A stretch of DNA of 64,000 nucleotides from Myxococcota bacterium (GTDB lineage Bacteria > Myxococcota_A > UBA796 > CAJQPC01), in contig JAZAMN010000047.1 in assembly GCA_036229005.1 (NCBI GenBank), positions 1 to 64,000 of the forward strand, written 5' to 3'. The notes under the pieces are model-generated. The model saw nothing but the letters and a program-made list of their open reading frames with translations, was not told where the DNA came from and did no database searches. Numbering within the stretch: the stretch's first letter is position 1; the number at the start of each line of letters is the position of its first letter. The position numbers were made by a program, and so were the translations under genes. Of this stretch, positions 28,810 through 40,597 are shown in pieces.

Positions 28810-30051
28810 TCAGGGGAGGTCGGGGAGGCGGGCCAGGGCGTCGGCCTGCTCTTCGGGAACGTAGAACCACTCGGCCTGGCGCTGGGAGATCCAGCCCATC
28901 TCGGCGGCGGTCAGGTGGCCTACGCGCATCTCCTCCAGGCGGGTGGGCTCGGCCTCCAGGTCCAGGCTCAGGGGCCGGTCGACGGCCATGATCTCGGCGA
29001 AGCGCTGGGGGTAGAGGGGCTCCGCGAAGGGCTCGACGTAGCCCTGGGGGTAGGCGGGCAGGTAGCTGCCGGGGTCGTACTTGTCGCTGGCACCCAGGGC
29101 GTGGCAGAGCTCGTGGCCCAGGGTGATCAGGGCGTAGGTGGGGTTCTGCTCGTGCAGGGAGATGTGGGCGACGGCCATGCGGCCCTTCTTGGAGCCCCGG
29201 GAGTGGCTGGCGATGTCCCCGTCGGCCCCCACGTAGACCACGTAGAGCTTCACGGGGTAGTCGCTGGGGCGCTCCCCGCGGGCCCGGAGCTGTGTCTTGA
29301 ACCAGCGCACGTAGCCGAGCGAGCGGGCGACCAGGCGCAGCGGGCCGTCGTCGGGCTCCCCCAAGGAAGGGGGCTGGGCGCCGTCGAACCAGGGGGTGTG
29401 GAGCTGCAGCTCGACGGCCCTTCCGGAGCGGCCGTAGCGGGCCTTCTCTTCGCTGAACCAGTCCTCGAGATCGAGCAGGGAGGGGCCCTGGTCCTGGGGG
29501 GCCTCCAGGCCGTTGAGGCTGCGCAAGAGGGGGTGGAAGCGGGCCTCGGGCGGCGCGAACTGGAACACTCCGACGCGCACGGGGCGGCCGGTCTCGACCT
29601 GTCGGCGGTCCCAACGCCAGGCCTCGGCGACCCCAAAGAGGAAGATGGCGAAGGCGGCCAGCATCACGAGCTGGCGAACGCGCACGCGGGCTCTGGCCTC
29701 CCACTGGTGGCTGGCGTGCTCGGGACAGAGGGCCCGCCCGCCGGACTGGCGTTGGCACTCGCTGCACACCGGGCGCCCGCACTGGGTGCAGGGCTCCGTG
29801 CTCAGGTGCCCCGGGTGGTCGGGGCAGTAGAGGCCCTCCCAGTCTTGAGAGACGACCACCTTGGCGCCGGCGTCGCGCAGGCGCTGGGCGCTGCGCTGGG
29901 CTTCGTCCGCGTCGTGGGTGAGGCGGATGGCCAGGGGGAGGGGGCGGCGACCGAGGGTATGGGTCGAGGGGAGCGCCTCGGCCAGCGCAGGCCAGCCGCC
30001 GGCGGGCAGCCGGACCAGGATGACGCGGAAGCTGGCGCGGGGGTGGGGCAG
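28810..30051 (-). CDS. B-box zinc finger + TM + zincin (HEXXH) metallopeptidase; start uncertain, possibly CTG
   Basis: CPDHP..CTQCGRPVCSEC..CPEH; TM; HELCHALGASDKY, EIM Met-turn; frame stays open upstream of GTG 29859. Confidence 0.75.
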   Translation of the reverse strand: MPHPRASFRVILVRLPAGGWPALAEALPSTHTLGRRPLPLAIRLTHDADEAQRSAQRLRDAGAKVVVSQDWEGLYCPDHPGHLSTEPCTQCGRPVCSECQRQSGGRALCPEHASHQWEARARVRVRQLVMLAAFAIFLFGVAEAWRWDRRQVETGRPVRVGVFQFAPPEARFHPLLRSLNGLEAPQDQGPSLLDLEDWFSEEKARYGRSGRAVELQLHTPWFDGAQPPSLGEPDDGPLRLVARSLGYVRWFKTQLRARGERPSDYPVKLYVVYVGADGDIASHSRGSKKGRMAVAHISLHEQNPTYALITLGHELCHALGASDKYDPGSYLPAYPQGYVEPFAEPLYPQRFAEIMAVDRPLSLDLEAEPTRLEEMRVGHLTAAEMGWISQRQAEWFYVPEEQADALARLPDLP

Positions 30052-30138
30052 GGGACCTCCGTCTCCGTGAATCGGAAGGCAGGAGGCCAGGTTTAGGGAA
30101 GCTGTGGGCGGGAGGCGCCGGGGGGAGTCCGGGGGCTC

Positions 30139-31119
30139 TCAGTCGCCCAGGTGTTCGTCCACCGCCCGCTGCGCCGCTTCGACCACCACCGCGTGCCCCC
30201 GGTCGTTGAAGTGCACGTCGTCGTCCGACTGCCGCCGCAGGCTGACGGGGTCGGGACCCCACTCCAGGACGTGGAGCTCGGGCACCTGCTGCTGGACATG
30301 GCGGAGCAGCGGATTTGGGGTCACCCATCCGCGCAGGGGGGGGGCGTAGAAGATCTCCGTGGGGCCCAGCTCCTGCAGGCCCTGCAGAGAAGGGGCGCTC
30401 TCCCGCATCGGGGCGACCCCGGCTGGGATCCGGGCCTGGTGCTGAGGCCACGCCTCCGCCATCCGCCAGCTCACAAAGCGGAAGGCCTCGCTGCGCTCGA
30501 AGAGCCAGGGATTCCACAGGGGGGCGAAGGCCAGGCGGTGGGGTGGGGGCTGATAGAGGGCCTCTCGGCCATCGACCTCGACGCCGATCCGTGCCTGGAG
30601 GTCGGAGAGGTCGTTCTCGCAGAGCAGCACCAGGGTCAGGTCGGGCTCCAGACCCTCCTCCCGCAGATGCCGCGCGAGCGCCAGGTACTCGCCCGGGTGG
30701 TAGCCCATCTCCGCGACCACACAGAGCTGCACGTCTTCGGGCAGGCTCAGGCGCGCGGGCCAGGTGCCGTGCGGTTCGTTCTGGGGGGTGCCCTGCACGG
30801 TGGTGCTGTCCCCAAAGACCAGCAGCGTGCGGCCGGGGTGGTCATAGGCGCAGGCACCCCAGCGCGTGGCGAAGCCGCGGCGGTCCGCTTCCAGATCCGT
30901 GGGCAGGTAGGCCACCCCCCATTCCTCGCTGGCGAGCTTGCCCTCAACGAAGTCCTGCAGGGGCTCCCCCTGCAGCGCGATGGCCTGGCCCTGGCGGTGA
31001 TCCAGGTCCTGCTGACGCGCCCAGAGCTCCACCCCTCCCAGGCCCACGACCACAGGCAGCAGCACCCCGGTCAGCCGGAGCACCAGGCGCTTTCCAGAGG
31101 GGCGGGCGCCAAGCCCCAT
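30139..31119 (-). CDS. Membrane-anchored SGNH/GDSL hydrolase
   Basis: N-terminal TM; LVFGDS, ENDL, DDVHFNDRGH. Confidence 0.82.
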   Translation of the reverse strand: MGLGARPSGKRLVLRLTGVLLPVVVGLGGVELWARQQDLDHRQGQAIALQGEPLQDFVEGKLASEEWGVAYLPTDLEADRRGFATRWGACAYDHPGRTLLVFGDSTTVQGTPQNEPHGTWPARLSLPEDVQLCVVAEMGYHPGEYLALARHLREEGLEPDLTLVLLCENDLSDLQARIGVEVDGREALYQPPPHRLAFAPLWNPWLFERSEAFRFVSWRMAEAWPQHQARIPAGVAPMRESAPSLQGLQELGPTEIFYAPPLRGWVTPNPLLRHVQQQVPELHVLEWGPDPVSLRRQSDDDVHFNDRGHAVVVEAAQRAVDEHLGD

Positions 31120-32327
31120 CAGAGCTCGCGCCGAGGGGGGAGCACCGCGTTGGCCGCCAGCAGGCCGCCGACCAGGGCCATGGCGACGATCAGCATCTCC
31201 ACGACCGCGCTCACGCCGTCCATGGTCTGGGCGTGGGAGAAGGCCTGGATGCCCTTGAAGCCCACCGAGCCCGGGACCAGGAGCACGAGCCCCGGCAGCA
31301 GGGTCACCGAGGCGGGGACGTCCCGCAGGCGGGCCTGGGCGTTGGAGAAGAGGACCATGGCGAAGGCTCCCAGACCAGGGCCCACCCTCGGGCCCATCAG
31401 GTCGATCGCCACTCCAGTGAACCCGATCGCGAGCACCGAGGCCATCACGATCCACACAAAGTCGCGCATGCGGGCCTGGAAGAGCACGCCGAAACTGAGG
31501 CCCGCGACCAGCACCATCGGCCAGTATGCGGCGTTGGGCGGGGCAGGGAGCGGGCCCTGGACAGGGTCCACCAGGGCGGATGCGAGCTCAAGCCCCAGCG
31601 CGGTGCCCAGGCCCAGCTTGAGGAGCACGATGGCAGCGCCAGCGGTGCGCGCGGTGCCCGCTGAGAGGTGTCCGGTGGCCATCTCCGCCATCGCGGTGGT
31701 CAGGCTGAGGCCCGGGACGAACACGATCAGCCCGGCCAAGGCGACCCGCTCCGGGGACATCGGGTAGACCGAGGCCGCGAGCCCGGCGATCAGCGCCACC
31801 CCGGTCGCGACGACCAGGTGCATCACGCGCTCGTGGTGGGGGTTTCGCGACATCCGCCCGGAAGCGCCCGCCGAGAAGGCCGCCAGCCCGCCGGCCAGCA
31901 GCGCCTCGACCCAGCCTGCGCCAAAGAGCAGCGCCGCCGCCATCGAGCCCACCGCGAAGGCGACCAGGATGATCGCGGGACCCCAGCGACGCGGCGTGTC
32001 CGACAGGTCCTGCAGGGCCTCCATCGCGCCCTCGGGGGAGAGCGTGCCCCGGGCCAGGCGGGCGCCGACACGGTCCACCGCGACGAGCCGGGACAGATCC
32101 GCGTCCATGGGGCGTACGCGCAGCATCTCCATGTGCCCATCGACCTGCAGCATCACGGAGGTCGGCGTGCCGAACACCACGAGGTCCAGCCCCATGGCGT
32201 CCGCGACCGCGTGCAGGGTGTCCTCCAGGCGATGCGCAGGGGCCCCGGCCTCGTGGAGCGAGCGGGCGAGCATGGCGAGCAGCTTGAGCATCAGCAGGGA
32301 GGAGTTGAATGTCTTGTCTTCTTCCAT
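31119..32327 (-). CDS. ThrE family threonine/serine exporter
   Basis: GAPAHRLED, PTS, DLSRL, VPGLSLT, LVPGS; about 10 TMs. Confidence 0.9.
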   Translation of the reverse strand: MEEDKTFNSSLLMLKLLAMLARSLHEAGAPAHRLEDTLHAVADAMGLDLVVFGTPTSVMLQVDGHMEMLRVRPMDADLSRLVAVDRVGARLARGTLSPEGAMEALQDLSDTPRRWGPAIILVAFAVGSMAAALLFGAGWVEALLAGGLAAFSAGASGRMSRNPHHERVMHLVVATGVALIAGLAASVYPMSPERVALAGLIVFVPGLSLTTAMAEMATGHLSAGTARTAGAAIVLLKLGLGTALGLELASALVDPVQGPLPAPPNAAYWPMVLVAGLSFGVLFQARMRDFVWIVMASVLAIGFTGVAIDLMGPRVGPGLGAFAMVLFSNAQARLRDVPASVTLLPGLVLLVPGSVGFKGIQAFSHAQTMDGVSAVVEMLIVAMALVGGLLAANAVLPPRREL

Positions 32328-32412
32328 AAGACAGTCGCCCGATCAAGGTGAGCGCTTAAATACGTCCGTCCGGATAGGGACTCCAGCGAATAGTTTTCGG
32401 ATTGGAGGCCCA

Positions 32413-32895
32413 ATGGAGCCCCTGGACCAGAGTGATCTCCGGCTACTGCGCCTGCTGCAGGAAGATGCTCGGCGCCCCTTCAAGGAGCTCGCGCATTCTG
32501 TAGCTTTGGCCACATCTACGGTGTACGAGCGCGTTCGGCGCCTGCGCGCGACGGGGGTGTTGCTGGGCACGCACGCCGAAGTGACACCGGCCGCCCTGGG
32601 TTTGCGGCTGCAGGCCATGGTGTTCGTGCAGCTCAACCAGCACTCGGGCCAGGCGCTCGAGGCCTTCGCCGTGGGCATGGCGCAGCGCGAGTGGGTGCGC
32701 GACGTCTACCATCTGGCCGGTCGCCAGGACTTCGCCCTGCACGTGGTCGCCCGAGACACCGAGAGCCTGCGGGCGCAGGTCATGGAGGTCACCGAGCTCG
32801 CGGAGGTGCGGCAGGTGGAGACCAACCTCATCTTTGAACACCGCCGGAACCATGTGCTCCCGGACAGCTCGACCCCCAAGGCCCCAGCGAGGTGA
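32413..32895 (+). CDS. Lrp/AsnC family regulator, divergent from the ThrE gene
   Basis: LDQSDLRLLRLLQEDARRPFKELA..STVYERVRRL..GV, LAGRQD. Confidence 0.92.
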   Translation: MEPLDQSDLRLLRLLQEDARRPFKELAHSVALATSTVYERVRRLRATGVLLGTHAEVTPAALGLRLQAMVFVQLNQHSGQALEAFAVGMAQREWVRDVYHLAGRQDFALHVVARDTESLRAQVMEVTELAEVRQVETNLIFEHRRNHVLPDSSTPKAPAR

Positions 32896-32907
32896 CCCGG
32901 GCTCGAA

Positions 32908-34068
32908 TCAACGGGGGAGGGGGCCGCCGCCGTTGAATGCCGCGCCCAGCAGCCCTCGGTAGAAGCGGGCAGCGCTGCGGGGGCGGCGGCGCTCAAGCTG
33001 CTCCAGGGCCTCGTAGCTGAGCAGCAGGGCGGAGCCGTCCTGCTCGCAGATGGCCAGCTCGGGATCGGAGCCGCGGATCCACGCTGCGGTACCAGCGACC
33101 TCGCCGGGGCCACGAAGCACTCCCTCTTCTGAGACGGAGCCGCGGAGCACGAGGTGCAGACCCAAGCCCAGGTCCACCTCTTCTCCTCGGCTCAAGGGCC
33201 TCCAGTCCAGGTAGTGCCGGAGCAGGCGGAGGTCGTACTCGTTGAGGGGCAGGGAGATCCGTCCGTTGGCCAGGCGCTCGCGGTCCTCCTCCAGGAGCTC
33301 AGCCGGGGGGAGCTCGGGGTCGTCGATGCGCGCGATGGTCACGGAGATGTTGTCGGGGCCACCGCGCTGGTTCGCGGCGTCCACCAGGGCCTGTGCGGCT
33401 TCGTCGGGATCCGGGGTCTCGCGGAGGATGCGGGCGATCTCGGCGTCGGAGACGGGGCCGGAGAGGCCGTCGGAGCAGAGCAGGACCACGTCGCCGTCGG
33501 CCAGGGGCTCGTCGAAGAGGTCGGGGTCCAGCTCGGAGCGGATCCCCAGCGCCTGGTACAGCATGTGCTGGTAGGGCGAGGTGGCGTATTCTTCCGGGGT
33601 CATGACGCCCGCGCGGAGCTGCGCGGCCGCGACCGTGTGGTCATCGGTCAGCAGGCGGAGGGTGCCGCTCCGGAGCAGGTAGGCGCGGGAGTCGCCCACG
33701 TTGGAGACGATCAGGTGGCCGCCGGCGACCACACCCAGGACCAGGGTGGTCCCGCTGTTCGCGCCCTCGGTGGCCTGTTGGACGCGGGTGGAGCCCAGCT
33801 CGGCGATCTGCTCCATCGCGCCACCCAGCGAGAGGCGGTTCTTCACGCTGGGGCTGCGGTCGACCTGGGCGACGATCTCGCTGATGGCCCGCTTCGCGTC
33901 ATGAAGCAGTGAGATCGCGGCTCGGCTGGCGACCTCGCCCTTCTCCAGGCCCCCCATGCCGTCGGCCACGGCGAGGAGCCCGATCTCGGGGAGGATGGTG
34001 CAGGCGTCCTGGTTGGACTGCCTGTGAACGCCGACGTCGGTCAGGGACGCTGTGTGAACGAGCTTCAA
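32908..34068 (-). CDS. PP2C Ser/Thr phosphatase with C-terminal degenerate cNMP-binding-like domain
   Basis: TDVG..RQSNQD, VADGMGG, GTT, NVGDSRAY, LCSDGL, GGPDNIS; start uncertain (TTG). Confidence 0.9.
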   Translation of the reverse strand: MKLVHTASLTDVGVHRQSNQDACTILPEIGLLAVADGMGGLEKGEVASRAAISLLHDAKRAISEIVAQVDRSPSVKNRLSLGGAMEQIAELGSTRVQQATEGANSGTTLVLGVVAGGHLIVSNVGDSRAYLLRSGTLRLLTDDHTVAAAQLRAGVMTPEEYATSPYQHMLYQALGIRSELDPDLFDEPLADGDVVLLCSDGLSGPVSDAEIARILRETPDPDEAAQALVDAANQRGGPDNISVTIARIDDPELPPAELLEEDRERLANGRISLPLNEYDLRLLRHYLDWRPLSRGEEVDLGLGLHLVLRGSVSEEGVLRGPGEVAGTAAWIRGSDPELAICEQDGSALLLSYEALEQLERRRPRSAARFYRGLLGAAFNGGGPLPR

Positions 34069-34223
34069 GTCACGCCTCGAGCGGGGTCGGAGCAGCGTAC
34101 CACCAGTCGGGAGTGTGGCGGCGCTGAGACCGGTCAGTGGCGGCTGGGCGGGGCCTTGACACCCCAGGGGAGGGGCCATACAGCCGTCCTCCGTTTTGCC
34201 AAGATTCAGCGAGGTCGCAGCCC

Positions 34224-35384
34224 ATGTCCGACAGCACCGAAGTCCTCTTCGAGATCACCAACGCCCACCTCAACACGGGGCTCCGCGGCTTCCCCGTGGG
34301 GACGGTGCGGACCAGCTTCGTCGATCCCATCACGGGGCTGCACTACGTGGGCTACCCCATCTCCAAGATCTGGGACCTGGACCCCGAGGCCGCGGTCTAC
34401 CTGCTCCTGAACAAGGAGCTCCCCTCCGATGAGCAGCTCGCCGCCTTCAAGGCCGAGCTCGTCGAGCGCTCCAAGGTGGACGACGCCGTGCTCAGCGCCC
34501 TGGCCAGCCTGCCCAAGCAGGGCCACCCGATGGAGTGGCTGATCGCTGGCCTCAACCTGATGGGCATGACCGCCAAGACCGGGGACTACCGCGAGGACGG
34601 CCTGAACGTCATCGCCAAGCTGCCCACCCTGGTGGCCGCCATCTTCCGCCTGCGCGAGGGCTGGGGCGCCCCCATCGCCTCCAAGCCGGAGCTGGGGCTC
34701 ATCGAGAATTTCGTCCAGATGCTGGGCGTGCCCAACGCCGACCCCGAGAAGCTCAAGAAGCTGCTCCGCGTGTTCTACGTGCTGCACCTGGACCACGGCG
34801 GCGGCAACCTGAGCACCTTCACCGGCAAGTGCGTGGCCTCCGGCCTCTCCGACATGTACGCCTCCCTGGGCGCCGCGATGGCTGGCCTCTACGGTCCCCG
34901 TCACGGCCGCGCCAACCAGGATTGCCTGAACTTCCTGCGCAAGGTCGGCACCAACGACCCCGACGAGGTCGAGGCCTTCGTCCGCAACGAGCTGGCCAAC
35001 AAGCGCCTGATCTTCGGCTTCGGTCACGCGGTGCTGCGCGCCGAGGACCCCCGCGCCACCATCCAGTACAAGCTGGGTGAGGAGATCTGCGGCGACGACC
35101 CCCTGTACAAGACCGCCGTCGCCATGCGGGAGCGCGCCGTCAAGGTGCTCAAGGAGAACCCCAAGGTCTCCAACCCCTACCCCAACGTCGACGCCGTCTC
35201 CGGCACCCTGCTGCAGGCCGTCGGCCTCGCGGAGAGCGACTACTACACCGTGCTCTTCGGGCTCTCCCGCTGCTCCGGCATCGTGGCCCAGATCATCGAC
35301 GAGCGCCTGAACTTCCGCGGCGGCAAGGGCGTCGCCATCTACCGCTGCAAGTACATCACGGAAGACCAGCCCGCCCGCGACTGA
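34224..35384 (+). CDS. gltA: Citrate synthase
   Basis: GLRG, HPM, DHGGGNLSTF, GPRHGRAN, FGFGHAVLR..DPR, PNVD. Confidence 0.92.
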   Translation: MSDSTEVLFEITNAHLNTGLRGFPVGTVRTSFVDPITGLHYVGYPISKIWDLDPEAAVYLLLNKELPSDEQLAAFKAELVERSKVDDAVLSALASLPKQGHPMEWLIAGLNLMGMTAKTGDYREDGLNVIAKLPTLVAAIFRLREGWGAPIASKPELGLIENFVQMLGVPNADPEKLKKLLRVFYVLHLDHGGGNLSTFTGKCVASGLSDMYASLGAAMAGLYGPRHGRANQDCLNFLRKVGTNDPDEVEAFVRNELANKRLIFGFGHAVLRAEDPRATIQYKLGEEICGDDPLYKTAVAMRERAVKVLKENPKVSNPYPNVDAVSGTLLQAVGLAESDYYTVLFGLSRCSGIVAQIIDERLNFRGGKGVAIYRCKYITEDQPARD

Positions 35385-37712
<2,328 letters not shown>

Positions 37713-37738
37713 GCAGGCTGGAGCGCGGGGGCTGAGTC

Positions 37739-38680
37739 GTGAAGACCCACGCCACCCGCGCTCAGTCGGAGCTCCTTCGCTTCCGCTGCACCCTCTGCGG
37801 GGGCTGCTGTGAGGGGGTGAAGGTCCCGGTCTCCGAAGCGGAGGTCCCCGCCATCGAGCGCGCGGGGGCTGCCTTGGGGGTCGCCCAGCCGGTGGATGGC
37901 AGGGCGCTCCGCTTCGAGGGGGGACAGTGTGTGTTCCAGACCCAGGGCCGCTGCCGAATCCACGGTGAGCTGGGCCCGGAGCGCAAGCCCCACGCCTGCC
38001 AGCAGTTCCCGCTGATCGCCCTGCGCGCCGAGGACGGCCTACGGATCGGTGTCGACCCTGCGGCCTATGGTGCCCACAGCTCCTGGTTGCGCGGTGAGCC
38101 TCTGCCCGACATGGCGCTCAGGGCCAGTCGGGTGTCGTGCCCAGGGGGCCAGCGGGGGCTGGAGGCCGCCTTGGTTCAGGCCTGTGAGGCGCCCGACGCG
38201 TCGGTGGGAGCCCTGCTCGCGCTGCTCTGTCAGGAGTCGGCTCCAACTGGGGGGCTGCCCCTCGCGTTCTCCCAGCGCTGGGCCCAGCACCTCAGCCAGC
38301 TCGACTTCCAGGCCTTCCTCCAGGCGCGCGGCCCGGGGCCGCTGCTCTTGGGCCAGCTCGAGCCCGTGGCCAGCGCGGCACCCCAGTTCAGTGGGGGACC
38401 GCCCCCGTGGGCACTGAGCCCCGAGAGCGAGCGCTGGGTCGTCGAGGCCACCCGGCGCGTGCTCTTCCTGCGCCTTCTGGCCAACATCCCCAGCGTGTCC
38501 ATTGGCGCGCTGCTGGTCCTGGGCGGCGCGCTGGCCTGCGCCTGGACCGACCCGCGCCCTGGCCGCTTCGAGCCGCGCTTCACCGCCTGGCTCCGGGCCT
38601 TGCGCTTCGATCCCTTCTGGCAGCGCTTGGCCAGGACCGACCTGATGTGGCTGGCCACCGGTCAGCGCGGGCCCATCTGA
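37739..38680 (+). CDS. YkgJ family CxxCxxCC cysteine-cluster protein
   Basis: FRCTLCGGCC, CVF..CRIH..KPHACQQFP. Confidence 0.85.
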   Translation: MKTHATRAQSELLRFRCTLCGGCCEGVKVPVSEAEVPAIERAGAALGVAQPVDGRALRFEGGQCVFQTQGRCRIHGELGPERKPHACQQFPLIALRAEDGLRIGVDPAAYGAHSSWLRGEPLPDMALRASRVSCPGGQRGLEAALVQACEAPDASVGALLALLCQESAPTGGLPLAFSQRWAQHLSQLDFQAFLQARGPGPLLLGQLEPVASAAPQFSGGPPPWALSPESERWVVEATRRVLFLRLLANIPSVSIGALLVLGGALACAWTDPRPGRFEPRFTAWLRALRFDPFWQRLARTDLMWLATGQRGPI

Positions 38681-38702
38681 GCGCGGGCCCACCTGAGCGC
38701 GC

Positions 38703-39188
38703 TCAGCGCAGCGGGTTCTCCAGCCGGTCGCGCATGTTCTCCAGCATGGCCGTGCACTGCTTGACGGACTCGCGCCGGACCAGCCCCTGGGGGGCCGGGA
38801 TCTTGAGCGAGGTGCGCACCTGGTAGGTGATTGCAGTCCCGCCCTCCGTCTCGGTGAAGCGCCAGCGGGCCTGGAACTGGTCCATCTCGTCGCTGTGGAC
38901 CAGGGTCTCCACCATCCCGTCCGCGCTGGGGCAGGCGCGGGTCACGAAGCGCACGGAGAGCAGCGGGTGGGCCTGGTAGCGCTCCACCAGCCAACAGCTC
39001 CCTTCCCGCTCTTGGGAGACCAGGGCGTCCTCGCCGGCGATCCGCTCGATCGCCTCCGGGCTGCTCAGTGCCGCGCGGACCTCGTCCACGGGGGCCTCGA
39101 CCAATACCTTGGAGATCACGCTGCCGTCGCTGTTGACCTGGGTCTGGGCCGGCGCGCCCAGGCCGATGAAGAGGCTGAGAAGGTGCAT
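38703..39188 (-). CDS. SRPBCC/START-like protein, probably secreted
   Basis: VEAPVDEV, FQARWRFTETEGGTAITY, C-terminal helix. Confidence 0.75.
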   Translation of the reverse strand: MHLLSLFIGLGAPAQTQVNSDGSVISKVLVEAPVDEVRAALSSPEAIERIAGEDALVSQEREGSCWLVERYQAHPLLSVRFVTRACPSADGMVETLVHSDEMDQFQARWRFTETEGGTAITYQVRTSLKIPAPQGLVRRESVKQCTAMLENMRDRLENPLR

Positions 39189-39254
39189 TCAGGACTCCCG
39201 CTGCCCCCAAGCTGCCTCCTTTCCCCGGGCCCCCGCAAGCAATAGGAGGGCACG

Positions 39255-39713
39255 ATGCTGAAACAACACGCCATCGCCGCCCTGCAGGCCCATCTACAGG
39301 CGGAGCTCCGCGCAGTGGAGGCGATCGCCGCCGCCGCCCGGGACGAGACCACCTCGGACGAGACCCGGCAGGAGGGCAAGTACGACACCCGCGCCATCGA
39401 GGCCTCCTACCTGGCCCGGGGGCAGGCCGAGCGCGTCGCGGCGCTTCGCCAGCTCGTCTCCTGGTTCAGCGTGCTGCAGCCCAGCGAGTGCGCCCAGGTG
39501 CAGGTGGGGGCGCTGGTCCAGCTCGAGCGCCTGGGTTGGCTCTTCGTCGCGCCCGTGGGCGGCCACCGGGTCCAGGTCGAGGGAGTGGCGCTGCGCATGG
39601 TGTCCCCCTCAGCGCCCCTCGGTCAGGCCATCGCCGACCTGGAAGAGGGGGACGTCGCCGAGATCGAGGGCCCCCGCGGCGCCCAACACCTGGAGGTGCT
39701 CCAGGTGAGGTGA
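39255..39713 (+). CDS. GreA/GreB family factor, atypical subgroup
   Basis: EGKYDTRAIEASYLARGQ, VQVGALV, VSPSAPLGQAI. Confidence 0.85.
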   Translation: MLKQHAIAALQAHLQAELRAVEAIAAAARDETTSDETRQEGKYDTRAIEASYLARGQAERVAALRQLVSWFSVLQPSECAQVQVGALVQLERLGWLFVAPVGGHRVQVEGVALRMVSPSAPLGQAIADLEEGDVAEIEGPRGAQHLEVLQVR

Positions 39714-39978
39714 GCTAGGGGCTGTCAATGCGCGCTCTCGCCGAGCTACGGGGTGTCAATGCGCGCTTTCGCCGAGCTACGGGGTGTCAATGCGCGTTCG
39801 TGCCCTCCAAACCGCGCACTCAGCGTCCGTAGCTCCGAGAAGCCGTGCACTCAGCGGCCGTAGCTCCAAGAAGCCGCGCACTCAGCGTCCGTAGCTCCGA
39901 GAAGCCGCGCACTCAGCGGCCGTAGCTCCGAGAAGCCGCGCACTCAGCGGCCGTAGCTCCGAAAAGCCAGACTCAGCG
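39712..39978. repeat. Inverted pair of 31-bp tandem arrays (3 forward + 5 reverse units plus a partial)
   Basis: GAGCTA..TGTCAATGCGCG at 39712, 39743, 39774; CCG(C/T)GCACTCAGCG.CCGTAGCTCC at 39812, 39843, 39874, 39905, 39936. Confidence 0.92.
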
Positions 39979-39984
39979 CGCCCT

Positions 39985-40536
39985 CTACTCCGCCGGCTCA
40001 TGCATCAGGCACACCGAGTTCATGCAGTAGCGCTTGCCGGTGGGCTTCGGGCCGTCGTTGAACACATGCCCCAGGTGTGCTCCGCAGCGCCCGCAGAGCA
40101 CCTCGCTACGCACCATCCCCAGGCCAAAGTCCATCTTGATCTCCACCGAGTCCTCGCCCTTCACGTCGTAGAAGCTCGGCCAGCCCGTGCCCGACTCGAA
40201 CTTGGTGTCCGCGTCAAAGAGCGCGTGCCCACAGGAGCTGCACACAAAGGTCCCAGCCTCCTTCTGGTGGTTCAGGGCCCCGCTCCAGGGGCGCTCAGTG
40301 CCGGCCTCTCGGCACACCTCGTACTGCAGGGGCGTCAGGCTCTCCTTCCAGTACGCCTTGTCCTTGGCCGCCCAGTCCACCGCGTCGGTGTCCACGCCCT
40401 CCAGGTGCTTGCCCACCCCGGGATCCGCGTGGGCCGCCTCCTTGGGGGCAGCCATCACAGGGCCCCGCAGCCCGATCGCCACGAGCGCGACCAGTGCCAG
40501 CAGGAAAGCGAGGATGAGGGGGATGCGGCGCTTCAT
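39985..40536 (-). CDS. msrB: Peptide-methionine (R)-S-oxide reductase with signal/anchor sequence
   Basis: GTERPW, CSSCG, KFESGTGWPSF, CGRCGAHLGHVFNDGP, RYCMNS. Confidence 0.96.
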   Translation of the reverse strand: MKRRIPLILAFLLALVALVAIGLRGPVMAAPKEAAHADPGVGKHLEGVDTDAVDWAAKDKAYWKESLTPLQYEVCREAGTERPWSGALNHQKEAGTFVCSSCGHALFDADTKFESGTGWPSFYDVKGEDSVEIKMDFGLGMVRSEVLCGRCGAHLGHVFNDGPKPTGKRYCMNSVCLMHEPAE

Positions 40537-40597
40537 GGGACCTCCGTGGTTCACCCCTCCTGATTCCGTGGCCCCTTTGAGGGTGCGTAAAGACTTG

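Noticed and set aside
39712..39978. CRISPR array interpretation of 31-bp array 2
   Set aside because: Near-identical tandem units without spacers; no leader or cas genes.
39985..40536. Selenocysteine MsrB
   Set aside because: The catalytic position is a normal Cys codon (RYCMNS) with no in-frame TGA.
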